DNA from: Nitrososphaerota archaeon
GTDB taxonomy: Archaea; Thermoproteota; Nitrososphaeria; Nitrososphaerales; Gagatemarchaeaceae
Reading direction: 5' to 3'
Length of the DNA stretch: 64,000 nucleotides
NCBI GenBank assembly: GCA_027339745.1
Contig: DAHWNW010000002.1
Location: forward strand, 55,725-119,724
Both the position numbers and the translations under genes were made by a program. The notes below the pieces were generated by a model, which had not been told where the DNA came from, did no database searches, and was given only the letters and a program-made list of their open reading frames with translations. Position 1 is the first letter of the stretch. Every line of letters starts with the position of its first letter. Shown in pieces: positions 60,995-64,000 of the stretch.

Positions 60995-62299
60995 GTGCGT
61001 GCGACCGACCCCGAGCCAGGCTCGCACGTCAAGAGCGTCACGCTCCTCGCCACCATTGGAACCGTCGCCGAGTATTATGACTTCGCGCTCGCGGGTGCCT
61101 GCGCAGCGCTTGTCTGGCCATTCGTTTTCTTCCCCTCGTCTAGCTCCGCGGCAGGCTTCGCTCTCTCCTTCGGGACCTACGGCTCCGCCTTGCTCTTCCA
61201 ACCAGTTGGCGCCGCATTGTTCGGCCACCTGGGGGACCGGCGAGGAAGGAAGCCGTCGCTTGTCCTGACCCTCTCCCTGATGGGTATAGGGTCCCTCGGG
61301 CTCGGACTGGTCCCCAGCTATGAGGCTATTGGGGCGCTCGCGCCGCTGCTCGTGGTGGCCATGCGCGTCCTTCAGGGAATCGGATTCGGAGGAGAGCTGT
61401 CTGGGTCCGCGACTTGGGTGGCCGAAGCTGCCGCTGACACCAATAGGAGGTCGTTCTGGACCGGGTTCCTTTCTGTGTCGCGCACCGCTGGTGCCCTGCT
61501 CTCCTTCAGTATGTTCTACGCTGTCTCGGCTGTACTGCCTCGGGCAGAGTTTCTCGGGTCCGGGTGGAGGCTCCTCTTCATAGGGGGGGCGGCGGCGCTC
61601 CTTGTGGGCGTCGTCGTAAGGTACAGATTTACGAGGGACATTTTGTACTTGGAGGCGAAGGCCAGGAACGCACTGGTGAAGGCGCCTGTCATCTCCGCAG
61701 CGAAGAAGGACTGGGGGACCATACTTGCCCTGGGGGTGTCCACCACTGGGTTCCTGTCCATCATCCTCGTGATGCTCCAGTCCTTCTCTCTGAACTATCT
61801 GACGAAGGTGGGGGTCGGCGTCACCTTCGCTGCCGAACTCTTGGTGTTGGGGAGGACGCCTGAGCTTGTCGTAACTCCTGCGGCCACGCTCCTCGCGGAC
61901 AGATTTGGGAGAAAGGCCACCCTCATCGCAGGAGGGGTAGCATGTCTTATTCCCATCCTACTGTTCTATCCTCTCCTTCACACATCTTCAGTGGGGCCGG
62001 TAGTGCTAGGATTCGCCCTCCTCGGGATCAGCTCATCGTTTGGCTATGCGAGCGCGCCCGCCCTCTTCGCGGAGTCCTTTCCGACAAGCCATAGGTTCTC
62101 AGGGGTCGGGCTCGCCTACAACATCCCGGTTCTGGTGACGGGGTCGCTGACGACCCTCGTCATACCACTTTACATCGCCGCTTTTGGGGGCGCAGTTGGC
62201 GCCGCCAATTATGTGGCAATCACTATATTCGGGATCACCGCAGTCTCCATCGTGGCAGGACTGGTAGTGCACGAAACGAGGACCGCCGATATGCACTGA
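60995..62299 (+). CDS. MFS transporter (metabolite:H+ symporter-like)
   Basis: About 12 TM helices and 'FGHLGDRRGRKP' loop 2-3 motif. GTG start. Confidence 0.85.
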   Translation: MRATDPEPGSHVKSVTLLATIGTVAEYYDFALAGACAALVWPFVFFPSSSSAAGFALSFGTYGSALLFQPVGAALFGHLGDRRGRKPSLVLTLSLMGIGSLGLGLVPSYEAIGALAPLLVVAMRVLQGIGFGGELSGSATWVAEAAADTNRRSFWTGFLSVSRTAGALLSFSMFYAVSAVLPRAEFLGSGWRLLFIGGAAALLVGVVVRYRFTRDILYLEAKARNALVKAPVISAAKKDWGTILALGVSTTGFLSIILVMLQSFSLNYLTKVGVGVTFAAELLVLGRTPELVVTPAATLLADRFGRKATLIAGGVACLIPILLFYPLLHTSSVGPVVLGFALLGISSSFGYASAPALFAESFPTSHRFSGVGLAYNIPVLVTGSLTTLVIPLYIAAFGGAVGAANYVAITIFGITAVSIVAGLVVHETRTADMH

Positions 62300-62351
62300 C
62301 GCCAAGGATGGCCACGCTGAGAGCGTCCGCCTGTCGGCGATCACTGGGGAC

Positions 62352-63683
62352 TCATCGCGACAGGGTCACCCTGCTCAACACGGGTCTGGACTTGGACCAA
62401 AACTCGTCCGGAGTCCTATAGGAAGTCTCGACCACCACGTCGGTCTCCATTGTCGATTCTAGGTATTGCTTCAGGCGCTGGAGCGCAGAAGGGCTCGGCG
62501 CTTCGTCGGGGGAAGTCTTGAGCAGGAACCTGCCTACATCGAGCTGTATCAGCTGATAGTCTGCCAGCCCAAGACTGGATTCAGCCCAGTCAGCAACCGT
62601 CAAGGGCGAAACCTGCTCCCGGCGACTGTTCATAAGCCAGTCTGCCTTCCGCCCCAGCACCTTCCTGATCCTCATCAGGTTCGAGCCACAAGGGCAAGCT
62701 TCTCCGTCTGCCATTTCCACGACATCTCCCAGCCGGTACCTGATGAACGGCATCAGGGGGTTATGGAGCGAGGTTACCACGAGCTCGCCCGTTTCGCCTG
62801 GTCCGACTGGCTCGTCGTCCTTGAGGACTTCGGGGAAGATGAAGTCCTCATTGAAGTGGAGTCCCCTGTGAGCCGTGCAGACTGCACCCATCGGACCGAC
62901 TTCGGCTGCGCCATACCCCCAGAAGATCTCTGAACCATATAGCCCTTCTAACTCTCTGGCGCAGGTTTGGGTGAATACTTCGTTCGTTAGGACGAGCCCT
63001 CTGGGATGGATGCTTTCGCCTCTGGCCTTTAGAAATCGCCCAATCCGCCTGAGGTTTGACGGCCTGCATATCACGAAATCTGGGTTCATGCTCCTCAGGA
63101 CTTCGGCGTCCCGCTCGACATCCCAATTTGAACTCAACAACGGCTTCAGAAAGGGAAGGGGCCGCCCAAGCACTCCGAGCGGGAAGGAGAGTGAGAACGT
63201 ATCTCGCTTCAGCCGCCCATCCCTGTCTTGTCCAGGGCGCCAATAGGAGGTCGGGGGCCAGATTGATACTATTCGATGCCACGGCCTCGCTCCATAGTGG
63301 AGCAGGTGCCTCACCGTCATCGCTGTAGTCACTGCATGGTACTCCCGAGAGAAAGCAAGCCTAATCCTGGCCCCGCTGGTGCCGGTGGTCGACGAGTAAG
63401 ATCCTAAAGTGTTGATGAGGTTCTGCGATATCATCGCCTCTCCATTGCGTTCCACATCGCTCCTTTCGAGGATTGGTAGCGTCCTGAGGTCTTCGAGGGA
63501 CCTGAAGCCGAAGCCCTCAAGGGTCGAGGCGCGAGCGAACCTACGCCTGTAGAAAGGTACATTTTGGTAAGCCAAGGCGATTACTCGCCTCAGCTTCTTG
63601 TACTGGAGCTCCCTCAGCTCTTCTCTGGAGATTCTCGAGTTTCTGAACGCTTCGATGTAGGTCTTCGCGTCTTCCACTAACAA
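62352..63683 (-). CDS. Phenylacetate-CoA ligase / coenzyme F390 synthetase-like adenylate-forming enzyme
   Basis: PaaK-like layout: 'SSTTGTSGARI' P-loop-type AMP motif, 'GYGAAEVGP', 'YRLGDV'. Confidence 0.7.
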   Translation of the reverse strand: MLVEDAKTYIEAFRNSRISREELRELQYKKLRRVIALAYQNVPFYRRRFARASTLEGFGFRSLEDLRTLPILERSDVERNGEAMISQNLINTLGSYSSTTGTSGARIRLAFSREYHAVTTAMTVRHLLHYGARPWHRIVSIWPPTSYWRPGQDRDGRLKRDTFSLSFPLGVLGRPLPFLKPLLSSNWDVERDAEVLRSMNPDFVICRPSNLRRIGRFLKARGESIHPRGLVLTNEVFTQTCARELEGLYGSEIFWGYGAAEVGPMGAVCTAHRGLHFNEDFIFPEVLKDDEPVGPGETGELVVTSLHNPLMPFIRYRLGDVVEMADGEACPCGSNLMRIRKVLGRKADWLMNSRREQVSPLTVADWAESSLGLADYQLIQLDVGRFLLKTSPDEAPSPSALQRLKQYLESTMETDVVVETSYRTPDEFWSKSRPVLSRVTLSR

Positions 63684-64000
63684 AGGAGATGAAGGGGTTG
63701 ACCTGCCCCATTAAATCAATCGGTTAACGCCCTGCTCCATGACCACCATGAGATACCCTCGACGCTGGAGAGGGCATCACGTCGGGGAAAGCCCTCGGCT
63801 TCAGATGCGACGATCGCCCTGCTAGGCGTGGCTCAATCTGCGCACACAATGGAGATCCTACTGAACCGGACGTTGACCTTCGAGGTTAGAACCGAGACGG
63901 CTACGTATCTCCTCGCAGTAGGCGATGAAGGACGATTGCGTTCTCACCTTCTCGGTTCTCGGCCGGGGGACGTTGATAGCCACATCGCTGACGAGCTTTG

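Noticed and set aside
1-64000. CRISPR arrays, IS elements, integrases, toxin-antitoxin or other recognisable defence genes.
   Set aside because: No spaced direct repeats were seen; the only tandem repeat is the coding 21-bp heptad array at about 52445-52600. No transposase, integrase, Cas or restriction-modification motifs were recognised in any credible ORF.

Overview
GC-rich archaeal chromosomal window. Archaeal hallmarks are RadA plus a RadA paralog, RIO2 kinase, an LSm protein, ribosomal protein L13e, compact heme A synthase, bulge-helix-bulge tRNA introns, and AT-rich TATA-like boxes about 25-35 nt upstream of start codons. L13e, a multi-intron tRNA and a SlaA/SlaB-like gene pair point to a TACK/Thermoproteota-type lineage; this is inference. 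About 0-50 kb is densely packed housekeeping and catabolic genes. These include an acyl-CoA dehydrogenase/ETF/membrane Fe-S reductase operon, PrpD, acetoacetyl-CoA synthetase, two thiolase types, IlvE, an acyl-CoA ligase, UPP synthase and inositol-phosphate synthase. They also include AsnRS, TyrRS, ThiI, thioredoxin, heme O/A synthases, an Ogg-type glycosylase, HemL, SOD and a non-oxidative pentose-phosphate operon. About 50-60.7 kb is a cell-envelope region: three secreted proteins (one large unanchored protein followed by a small coiled-coil, C-terminally anchored one), a multi-pass GT-C-like membrane protein, a Dol-P-sugar-synthase-like GT2 and a sugar nucleotidyltransferase. Most notable are (i) a tRNA-Tyr(GUA) gene interrupted by three introns, each with its own bulge-helix-bulge motif, and (ii) the SlaA/SlaB-like pair next to a putative dolichol-dependent glycosylation module whose GT-C enzyme lacks WWDYG. 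No CRISPR array, rRNA, transposase or integrase was recognised. Many long alternative-frame or antisense ORFs in the track are GC-driven artefacts. All functional calls rest on motif and architecture recognition by eye; no database search was run.
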